64,000 nt of DNA from Escherichia coli (GTDB lineage Bacteria; Pseudomonadota; Gammaproteobacteria; Enterobacterales; Enterobacteriaceae), in NCBI RefSeq assembly GCF_041248615.1, contig NZ_CP158426.1; one strand, written 5' to 3'. A program made the position numbers and the translations under genes. Each line of letters opens with the position of its first letter. Within the stretch, counting starts at the first letter, position 1. Positions 52,641-60,112 of the stretch are shown piece after piece. Under the pieces are notes generated by a model. It did no database searches and was not told the origin of the DNA. It saw only the letters and a list, made by a program, of their open reading frames with translations.

Positions 52641-54491
52641 ATGGCCTTATTACAAATTAGTGAACCTGGTTTGAGTGCTGCGCCGCATCAGCGTCGTCTG
52701 GCGGCCGGTATTGACCTAGGCACAACCAACTCGCTGGTGGCGACAGTGCGCAGCGGTCAGGCCGAAACGTTAGCCGACCATGAAGGCCGTCACCTGCTGC
52801 CGTCTGTTGTTCACTATCAACAGCAAGGGCATTCGGTGGGTTATGACGCACGTACTAACGCAGCGCTTGACACCGCCAACACCATTAGTTCTGTTAAACG
52901 CCTGATGGGGCGCTCGCTGGCTGATATCCAGCAACGCTATCCGCATCTGCCTTATCAATTCCAGGCCAGCGAAAACGGCCTGCCGATGATTGAAACGGCG
53001 GCGGGGCTGCTGAACCCGGTGCGCGTTTCTGCGGACATCCTCAAAGCACTGGCGGCGCGGGCAACTGAAGCCCTGGCAGGCGAGCTGGATGGTGTCGTTA
53101 TCACCGTTCCGGCGTACTTTGACGATGCCCAGCGTCAGGGCACCAAAGACGCGGCGCGTCTGGCGGGGTTGCATGTTCTGCGCTTACTTAACGAACCGAC
53201 CGCTGCGGCTATCGCCTACGGGCTGGATTCCGGTCAGGAAGGCGTGATCGCTGTTTATGACCTCGGCGGCGGGACGTTTGATATTTCCATTCTGCGCTTA
53301 AGTCGCGGCGTGTTTGAAGTGCTGGCGACCGGCGGTGATTCCGCGCTCGGCGGCGATGATTTCGACCATCTGCTGGCGGATTATATTCGCGAGCAGGCGG
53401 GCATTCCTGATCGTAGCGATAACCGCGTTCAGCGTGAACTGCTGGATGCCGCCATTGCAGCCAAAATCGCGCTGAGCGATGCGGACTCCGTGACCGTTAA
53501 CGTTGCGGGCTGGCAGGGCGAAATCAGCCGTGAACAATTCAATGAACTGATCGCGCCACTGGTAAAACGAACCTTACTGGCTTGTCGTCGCGCGCTGAAA
53601 GACGCGGGTGTAGAAGCTGATGAAGTGCTGGAAGTGGTGATGGTTGGCGGTTCTACCCGCGTGCCGCTGGTGCGTGAACGGGTGGGCGAATTTTTCGGTC
53701 GTCCACCGCTGACTTCTATCGACCCGGATAAAGTCGTCGCTATTGGCGCGGCGATTCAGGCGGATATTCTGGTGGGTAACAAGCCGGACAGCGAAATGCT
53801 GTTGCTGGATGTGATCCCGCTGTCGCTGGGCCTCGAGACCATGGGCGGCCTGGTGGAGAAAGTGATCCCGCGTAATACCACGATTCCGGTGGCCCGCGCC
53901 CAGGATTTCACCACCTTTAAAGATGGTCAGACGGCAATGTCTATCCATGTGATGCAGGGTGAACGTGAACTGGTGCAGGACTGCCGCTCGCTGGCGCGTT
54001 TTGCACTGCGTGGTATCCCGGCGCTACCGGCTGGCGGCGCGCATATTCGCGTAACGTTCCAGGTCGATGCCGACGGTCTTTTGAGCGTGACGGCGATGGA
54101 GAAATCCACCGGCGTTGAGGCGTCTATTCAGGTCAAACCGTCTTATGGTCTGACCGATAGCGAAATCGCTTCGATGATCAAAGACTCAATGAGCTATGCC
54201 GAGCAGGACGTAAAAGCCCGTATGCTGGCAGAACAAAAAGTAGAAGCGGCGCGTGTGCTGGAAAGTCTGCACGGCGCGCTGGCTGCTGATGCCGCGCTGT
54301 TAAGCACCGCAGAGCGTCAGGTCATTGACGATGCTGCCGCTCACCTGAGTGAAGTGGCGCAGGGCGATGATGTTGACGCTATCGAACAAGCGATTAAAAA
54401 CGTAGACAAACAAACCCAGGATTTCGCCGCTCGCCGCATGGACCAGTCGGTTCGTCGTGCGCTGAAAGGCCATTCCGTGGACGAGGTTTAA
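52641..54491 (+). CDS. hscA: Hsp70-type chaperone HscA
   Basis: ORF trimmed to [31 protein letters not shown]..., 616 aa. Confidence 0.96.
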   Translation: MALLQISEPGLSAAPHQRRLAAGIDLGTTNSLVATVRSGQAETLADHEGRHLLPSVVHYQQQGHSVGYDARTNAALDTANTISSVKRLMGRSLADIQQRYPHLPYQFQASENGLPMIETAAGLLNPVRVSADILKALAARATEALAGELDGVVITVPAYFDDAQRQGTKDAARLAGLHVLRLLNEPTAAAIAYGLDSGQEGVIAVYDLGGGTFDISILRLSRGVFEVLATGGDSALGGDDFDHLLADYIREQAGIPDRSDNRVQRELLDAAIAAKIALSDADSVTVNVAGWQGEISREQFNELIAPLVKRTLLACRRALKDAGVEADEVLEVVMVGGSTRVPLVRERVGEFFGRPPLTSIDPDKVVAIGAAIQADILVGNKPDSEMLLLDVIPLSLGLETMGGLVEKVIPRNTTIPVARAQDFTTFKDGQTAMSIHVMQGERELVQDCRSLARFALRGIPALPAGGAHIRVTFQVDADGLLSVTAMEKSTGVEASIQVKPSYGLTDSEIASMIKDSMSYAEQDVKARMLAEQKVEAARVLESLHGALAADAALLSTAERQVIDDAAAHLSEVAQGDDVDAIEQAIKNVDKQTQDFAARRMDQSVRRALKGHSVDEV

Positions 54492-54492
54492 T

Positions 54493-54828
54493 ATGCCAAA
54501 GATTGTTATTTTGCCTCATCAGGATCTCTGCCCTGATGGCGCTGTTCTGGAAGCGAATAGTGGTGAAACCATTCTCGACGTTGCGCTGCGTAACGGTATC
54601 GAGATTGAACACGCCTGTGAAAAATCCTGTGCTTGCACCACCTGCCACTGCATCGTTCGCGAAGGTTTTGACTCGCTGCCGGAAAGCTCAGAGCAGGAAG
54701 ACGACATGCTGGACAAAGCCTGGGGACTGGAGCCGGAAAGCCGTTTAAGCTGCCAGGCGCGCGTTACCGACGAAGATTTAGTGGTCGAAATCCCGCGTTA
54801 CACTATCAACCATGCGCGTGAGCATTAA
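54493..54828 (+). CDS. fdx: [2Fe-2S] ferredoxin
   Basis: 111 aa, adrenodoxin-type Cys pattern ([12 protein letters not shown]...C). Confidence 0.96.
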
Positions 54829-54839
54829 CAGAGGTTAGT

Positions 54840-55040
54840 ATGGGACTTAAGTGGACCGATAGCCGCGAAATTGGCGAAGCACTGTACGATGCGTATCCCG
54901 ATCTTGATCCGAAAACGGTTCGATTCACCGATATGCATCAGTGGATTTGCGATCTGGAAGATTTCGACGACGACCCGCAGGCATCCAACGAGAAAATCCT
55001 CGAAGCGATTTTGTTAGTCTGGCTGGACGAAGCCGAATAA
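54840..55040 (+). CDS. iscX: IscX (YfhJ)
   Basis: 66 aa, acidic ([29 protein letters not shown]...). Confidence 0.93.
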
Positions 55041-55231
55041 TTTCCGCGTCATGCTTCACGCCGCAGATGCGTTGGCTGCGCTCGTTCACCCCAGTCACAT
55101 AGTTATCTATGCTCCTGGGGCTTCACTCACTTGCCGCGTGATTCGGCCTTTTGGCCTCACCCCTTTGGGGCCAGCGCAAGCGCTGTTCAAAACGCAATGC
55201 GTTTTGTCCTGCAACGCGAATCATTTAGCGG
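55041..55231. repeat. ERIC (IRU) element carrying a roughly 69-bp internal insertion
   Basis: CGTCATGCTTCACGCCGCAGATGCGTTGGCTGCGCTCGTTCACCCCAGTCAC...ATGCTCCTGGGGCTTCACTCACTTGCCGCG matches the ERIC core (compare ERIC primers CGCTCACCCCAGTCACTTACTT and ATGTAAGCTCCTGGGGATTCAC). The ERIC tail TCCTGCAACGCGAATCATTTAG resumes only after an extra block at about 55138-55206. Confidence 0.7.
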
Positions 55232-55284
55232 AAAAATCCTGGGGCTGCCAACTGGCGGCCCTTTTACAAAGAAGGATAACTAAA

Positions 55285-56568
55285 ATGACAGAAGCGATGA
55301 AGATTACCCTCTCTACCCAACCTGCCGACGCGCGCTGGGGAGAAAAAGCGACTTACAGCATTAATAATGATGGCATTACCCTGCATTTGAACGGGGCAGA
55401 CGATCTGGGGCTGATCCAGCGTGCGGCGCGCAAGATTGACGGTCTGGGCATCAAGCATGTTCAGTTAAGCGGTGAAGACTGGGATGCGGATCGCTGCTGG
55501 GCATTCTGGCAAGGTTACAAAGCCCCGAAAGGCACACGTAAAGTGGAGTGGCCGGATCTGGACGATGCCCAACGGCAGGAACTGGATAACCGCCTGATGA
55601 TCATCGACTGGGTGCGTGACACCATCAACGCACCGGCGGAAGAACTGGGGCCATCGCAACTGGCACAGCGTGCTGTTGATCTGATCAGCAATGTCGCGGG
55701 CGATCGTGTGACTTACCGGATCACCAAAGGCGAAGATCTGCGTGATCAAGGTTATATGGGGCTGCACACGGTCGGACGCGGTTCAGAACGTTCTCCGGTA
55801 TTGCTGGCGCTGGATTACAACCCGACTGGCGATAAAGAAGCGCCAGTGTACGCGTGCCTGGTTGGTAAAGGCATCACCTTTGATTCCGGCGGCTACAGTA
55901 TCAAACAGACCGCATTTATGGACTCGATGAAGTCGGACATGGGCGGCGCGGCAACGGTTACCGGGGCGCTGGCGTTTGCCATTACGCGCGGACTGAACAA
56001 GCGCGTGAAGCTGTTCCTCTGCTGTGCGGATAACCTGATCAGCGGCAACGCGTTCAAACTGGGCGATATTATTACCTATCGCAACGGTAAAAAAGTTGAA
56101 GTGATGAACACTGATGCGGAAGGGCGTCTGGTGCTGGCCGATGGCCTGATTGATGCCAGTGCGCAGAAACCGGAACTGATCATTGATGCGGCGACCCTCA
56201 CCGGGGCGGCGAAAACTGCGCTGGGTAATGATTATCACGCGCTGTTCAGTTTTGACGATGCGCTTGCCGGTCGCTTGCTGGCGAGTGCCGCGCAGGAGAA
56301 TGAACCGTTCTGGCGTCTGCCGCTGGCGGAGTTCCACCGCAGCCAGCTGCCGTCTAACTTTGCCGAACTGAACAATACCGGAAGCGCGGCGTACCCGGCA
56401 GGCGCGAGCACGGCGGCGGGCTTCCTGTCGCACTTTGTTGAGAACTATCAGCAAGGCTGGCTGCATATCGACTGCTCGGCGACTTACCGTAAAGCGCCGG
56501 TTGAACAGTGGTCTGCGGGTGCTACGGGACTTGGTGTGCGCACGATTGCTAATCTGTTAACGGCGTAA
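55285..56568 (+). CDS. pepB: aminopeptidase B (M17)
   Basis: ORF 55051-56568 trimmed to ATG 55285 ([21 protein letters not shown]...), 427 aa, M17 motif NTDAEGRL. The upstream in-frame extension runs through ERIC. Confidence 0.95.
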
Positions 56569-56651
56569 ACGTCTTATTTGGCCTACAAAATTGCGAAAAT
56601 CCAATAGATTGAGATTCCCTTGTAGGCCTGATAAGCGTAGCGCATCAGGCA
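56568..56651. repeat. REP-derived repeats downstream of pepB
   Basis: GTAGGCCTGATAAGCGTAGCGCATCAGGCA (56622-56651) plus a partial arm CGTCTTATTTGGCCTAC (56570-56586). Confidence 0.6.
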
Positions 56652-56686
56652 CTTGTGCCCCGAACGTTGAATGAATTGTGGTTCTT

Positions 56687-57463
56687 ATGTCCGAAACAAA
56701 AAACGAACTTGAAGATCTGCTGGAAAAAGCAGCAACCGAACCGGCGCACCGCCCGGCCTTTTTCCGTACTCTACTGGAATCCACCGTCTGGGTGCCGGGT
56801 ACGGCGGCGCAGGGCGAGGCTGTGGTTGAAGATAGCGCGCTTGATTTACAGCACTGGGAAAAAGAAGACGGCACCAGCGTCATTCCTTTTTTTACCTCGT
56901 TAGAAGCACTTCAACAGGCGGTTGAAGACGAACAGGCATTTGTCGTAATGCCCGTTCGCACATTGTTTGAGATGACCCTTGGCGAAACGCTCTTCCTTAA
57001 TGCCAAACTGCCAACCGGTAAAGAATTTATGCCGCGTGAAATCAGTTTGTTGATTGGTGAAGAAGGAAATCCGCTGAGCAGCCAGGAAGTACTGGAGGGC
57101 GGTGAATCGCTGATATTATCGGAAGTCGCAGAGCCGCCAGCACAAATGATTGATTCACTCACCACCTTATTTAAAACTATTAAGCCGGTGAAGCGTGCTT
57201 TTATTTGTTCAATTAAAGAGAACGAAGAGGCACAGCCTAATTTACTTATTGGCATTGAAGCCGATGGTGATATCGAAGAAATTATTCAGGCGGCGGGAAG
57301 TGTAGCGACCGATACATTACCTGGCGATGAACCCATCGATATTTGTCAGGTGAAAAAAGGGGAAAAAGGAATTAGCCACTTTATTACCGAACATATTGTG
57401 CCATTCTATGAACGTCGCTGGGGTGGTTTTTTGCGTGACTTTAAACAGAACCGGATAATCTAA
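56687..57463 (+). CDS. sseB: SseB (enhanced serine sensitivity protein)
   Basis: ORF trimmed to MSETKNELEDLLEKAATEPAHRPAFF..., 258 aa. Confidence 0.9.
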   Translation: MSETKNELEDLLEKAATEPAHRPAFFRTLLESTVWVPGTAAQGEAVVEDSALDLQHWEKEDGTSVIPFFTSLEALQQAVEDEQAFVVMPVRTLFEMTLGETLFLNAKLPTGKEFMPREISLLIGEEGNPLSSQEVLEGGESLILSEVAEPPAQMIDSLTTLFKTIKPVKRAFICSIKENEEAQPNLLIGIEADGDIEEIIQAAGSVATDTLPGDEPIDICQVKKGEKGISHFITEHIVPFYERRWGGFLRDFKQNRII

Positions 57464-57466
57464 AAT

Positions 57467-57488
57467 ATGCCGCCCCAAAGGGCGGCAT
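57467..57488. terminator. bidirectional hairpin shared by sseB (plus strand) and the ryfA-like transcript (minus strand)
   Basis: ATGCCGCCC caaa GGGCGGCAT. On the minus strand it is followed by ATATTTTA. Confidence 0.7.
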
Positions 57489-57494
57489 TCGGGC

Positions 57495-57620
57495 TTACCT
57501 GCTGTTCTGAAGGTTGTTAACCACCAGTAAATTGTTGCCGGAGAGACTCCGGTTATTATTTACCTCGGTTAACAGCGCACCAGAAACAATAAGTACGATA
57601 CAAAAGCACCGTATCTTCAT
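57495..57620 (-). CDS. 41-codon hydrophobic small ORF inside ryfA (TimP-like type I toxin candidate)
   Basis: My own translation of the minus strand: MKIRCFCIVLIVSGALLTEVNNNRSLSGNNLLVVNNLQNSR, with the stop abutting the terminator. N-terminal signal/TM-like segment. The start is buried next to hairpin TGCGGTC...GACCGCA (57622-57643). Below the ORF-track cutoff. Confidence 0.5.
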   Translation of the reverse strand: MKIRCFCIVLIVSGALLTEVNNNRSLSGNNLLVVNNLQNSR

Positions 57621-57794
57621 TGTGCGGTCCATGCGAAGACCGCATCACGACAGCACCACTGGCGATATTGCCGCGATAGCAAGCGCTGTGAAACACCTGC
57701 ATTTACGGCCATGGAACATCCTTTCCTTAAGCCAGCGCCCGTTTGCGAGACGGCGGAAAGGGCCGGTGTCGATAATACGCTAAATAAACAATGA

Positions 57795-58927
57795 TTACTC
57801 TCTTTCGCTGTGTAAGTTCACAGAGATATTGCAATTACCTCCGGATAAGTAAGGGGAGATTGCACTATGCAAATGCAGCATCTGATGGTTGGCTATCCTA
57901 AGTACTACCAAACGGCCGATTATGCGTTGAGGCTTTCAGTGATGGCTGATACAGCAACAATGAGAATGAAGGCTCTGCACTTCTGGGATAAACACGGTAT
58001 TTCTGCAGCTTCTGAAGCCTTTGGCGTGTCCTGCCGCACGCTTTACTGGTGGCGTCAGTTACTGAACAAGGGAGGACCTGAGGGGCTAATCCCGCACAGT
58101 AAGGCACCTCTGGTGCGACGAAAAAAGCACTGGCATCCCGATGTGCTGAAAGAGATTCGACGGCTGCGGACAGAGCTGCCGAACCTCGGTAAAGAGCAGA
58201 TTTTTGTTCGCCTGAAGCCCTGGTGCGAACAGCGCTATCTGGCCTGTCCAAGTGTTTCCACCATCGGCAGAATGATCGCTGCCGCACACGATAAAATGCG
58301 AATGATACCTGTGCGTCTGGGCTCGCGGGGGAAGGCACTGCTTGTCAAAAAGCGGTCTGCCAAACCCCGCAGACCAAAGCACTACCGCCCGGTAAAGACA
58401 GGTGAGCTCATTGGGATGGACGCCATTGAGCTCAGAATGGGCGAACTGCGTCGCTATGTCATCACCATGATCGACGAATGCAGCAATTACGCGCTGGCGC
58501 TGGCTGTACCGTCGCTCAACAGTGATATCGTCAATCACTTCTTCAGCCGTGCAGCCCGGCTGTTCCCGGTCGGTATCAGTCAGATAATCACAGATAACGG
58601 AAAAGAGTTCCTGGGAAACTTCAACAAAACGCTGCAGGAAGCCGCTATCAAACACCTCTGGACCTATCCCTACACGCCAAAAATGAACGCTATCTGTGAA
58701 CGTTTTAACCGGACGTTAAGAGAGCAGTTTATTGAATTTAATGAGATTTTACTCTTTGAAGATCTGGCGCTATTTAATCAGAAGCTGGGGGAATATCTGG
58801 TACTGTATAACAGCAAAAGGCCCCATAAGGCGCTCGCACTAATGACGCCCGTGGAATATATTTTAAGAGAGAACAAAAATTGCAATATGTGGTGGACCCA
58901 TACATTCGCTTGACAAAAAGAGAGTTA
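57795..58927 (+). mobile_element. IS481-family insertion sequence (about 1.13 kb); boundaries provisional
   Basis: Single 348-aa rve/DDE transposase ORF ending 14 nt from the proposed right end. Imperfect terminal inverted repeats: TTACTCTCTTTcgcTGTgtAAG (left) versus the complement of CTTgACAaaAAAGAGAGTTA (right). No flanking direct repeat found. Confidence 0.5.
57867..58913 (+). CDS. IS481-family transposase (integrase-core DDE)
   Basis: 348 aa with SD GGGGAG 8 nt upstream. N-terminal HTH (ASEAFGVSCRTLYWWRQLL). DDE-type motifs GMDAIEL, ITDNGKEF and PYTPKMNAICERFNRTLREQF. Confidence 0.8.
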   Translation: MQMQHLMVGYPKYYQTADYALRLSVMADTATMRMKALHFWDKHGISAASEAFGVSCRTLYWWRQLLNKGGPEGLIPHSKAPLVRRKKHWHPDVLKEIRRLRTELPNLGKEQIFVRLKPWCEQRYLACPSVSTIGRMIAAAHDKMRMIPVRLGSRGKALLVKKRSAKPRRPKHYRPVKTGELIGMDAIELRMGELRRYVITMIDECSNYALALAVPSLNSDIVNHFFSRAARLFPVGISQIITDNGKEFLGNFNKTLQEAAIKHLWTYPYTPKMNAICERFNRTLREQFIEFNEILLFEDLALFNQKLGEYLVLYNSKRPHKALALMTPVEYILRENKNCNMWWTHTFA

Positions 58928-58944
58928 CTGGCGAGTATTGCTTT

Positions 58945-59046
58945 GCTGTGAAGCACCTGCGTTGCTCCGACAACACAAGTCAACCTGCTGGAAAGGCCGC
59001 GAACCAGACCAGCAATAAAAAACCGCCAAATTCGGCGGTTTTTTAT
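58945..59046 (+). ncRNA. candidate antitoxin sRNA (TimR/RyfB-like) for the ryfA toxin mRNA; hypothetical
   Basis: GCTGTGAAGCACCTGCGTT (58945-58963) is a near-copy of 57685-57703, so a plus-strand RNA would pair with the ryfA leader over 19 bp (2 G-U). Putative promoter TTGACA (58910-15)-N17-GAGTAT (58933-38). It would end at the terminator at 59015-59046. Confidence 0.35.
59015..59046. terminator. bidirectional terminator (sseA on minus strand; candidate sRNA on plus strand)
   Basis: AAAAAACCGCC aaattc GGCGGTTTTTT. Confidence 0.75.
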
Positions 59047-59060
59047 TGCCTGTAAAAAGC

Positions 59061-59906
59061 TTATTTCAATGGCTCAACCGGTAAATCTGCCCGTGCGCCC
59101 CATTCACTCCATGCGCCGTCGTACAGTTTCACGTTTGGCACATCCAGCGTCGCGAGTGCCAACAAAACCACGGCTGCCGTTACACCAGAACCGCAACTGA
59201 CGATAATAGGTTTGTCATAACTTACGCCGCGACCAAAAAATATCGCATCCAGTTCATCGGTCGTTTTTAGTTCGCCTTCACGTACCAGTTCTGTCCACGG
59301 AACGTTAAACGCGCCGGGAATATGTCCGCGACGTAAACCTGGGCGAGGTTCATCAACTTCTGCGTTAAAACGTGCAGCCGGGCGGGCATCAATAATTTGC
59401 GCCGTATTTTCATGGCTTGCCAATAACACATCGGTGACTTTCACCACGGCTTCAGGATTAAACGTGGCGTTAAACTCTCCTTCCGGCAGCTCTACTGCAC
59501 CTTCTTCTAACAGCAGATCATCGCGCTGCCAGCCTGCAAGTCCACCCCCCAGAATCGACACTTTCTCTACACCAAAGGTGCGCAGCATCCACCATGCTCG
59601 TGGGGCTGAGAAAAGATTACCTTCGTCATAGACAATCAGGTGCTTATCCTGGTTAACGCCTAATTCACGCATCGCCACGGCGAACGTTTCCGGGCGCGGC
59701 AGCATGTGCGGAAGCGGGGAAGTGTGATCAGAAAGCGCTTCGATATCAAAAAACACTGCGCCGGGAATATGTCCATTCAGATACTCCTGAGCAACGTTAC
59801 GATCTTCCTGTCCAGGCGACGCCATGCGGGCATCAATAATCTGAATTTCCGGGTCATCAATATGTTCGGCGAGCCAGTCGGCTCCTACAAACCATGTCGT
59901 GGACAT
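59061..59906 (-). CDS. sseA: 3-mercaptopyruvate sulfurtransferase
   Basis: ORF trimmed to MSTTWFVGADWLAEHIDDPEIQIIDARM..., 281 aa. Tandem rhodanese domains with active-site motif CGSGVTA. Confidence 0.95.
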   Translation of the reverse strand: MSTTWFVGADWLAEHIDDPEIQIIDARMASPGQEDRNVAQEYLNGHIPGAVFFDIEALSDHTSPLPHMLPRPETFAVAMRELGVNQDKHLIVYDEGNLFSAPRAWWMLRTFGVEKVSILGGGLAGWQRDDLLLEEGAVELPEGEFNATFNPEAVVKVTDVLLASHENTAQIIDARPAARFNAEVDEPRPGLRRGHIPGAFNVPWTELVREGELKTTDELDAIFFGRGVSYDKPIIVSCGSGVTAAVVLLALATLDVPNVKLYDGAWSEWGARADLPVEPLK

Positions 59907-60112
59907 AGGCATCTCCATTTTTGCCGGGGTTAGGCTAAATTGTCGGATGTTTAGTGAAAGGCGACAAGCAAAAGAGGCTGATTTGGCTGTCTGAGCCACA
60001 ATTCTCACTAAAATTCGGATTGTATGGGCGTGATACTGAATTACATAACGTAAATTCTCACGCATAATAATTATTCGACGTTGCTAACGGGCCATTGTGG
60101 CAGGGATGAAAA

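Larger units (their letters stand above)
57462..57766 (-). ncRNA. ryfA: ryfA-like transcript (small-toxin mRNA); ends approximate
   Basis: Position between sseB and sseA as for E. coli ryfA. Minus-strand -10 TATTAT (complement of 57772-57777) predicts a start near 57765. The terminator hairpin at 57467-57488 gives about 300 nt, close to the roughly 304 nt I recall for ryfA. Confidence 0.5.

Noticed and set aside
55051-55284. 78-codon N-terminal extension of the pepB ORF
   Set aside because: The extension is a translation of an ERIC repeat. The known PepB N-terminus (MTEAMKITL) starts at 55285 behind an AAGGA SD.
57514-57783. 89-aa plus-strand ORF opposite ryfA
   Set aside because: It has a non-ATG start, no SD and an Arg/Ser-rich composition. 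The region is better explained by the minus-strand ryfA transcript and its 41-aa ORF.
57802-57830. Alternative IS481-like boundaries based on the TTCACAG match (57817-57823 versus the complement of 58947-58953)
   Set aside because: The right-hand copy belongs to the 19-nt block duplicated from the ryfA leader (native pairing sequence). The order of matches is inconsistent with a single inverted repeat. The TTACTCTCTTT/AAAGAGAGTTA pair closer to the transposase stop fits better, though it remains unproven.
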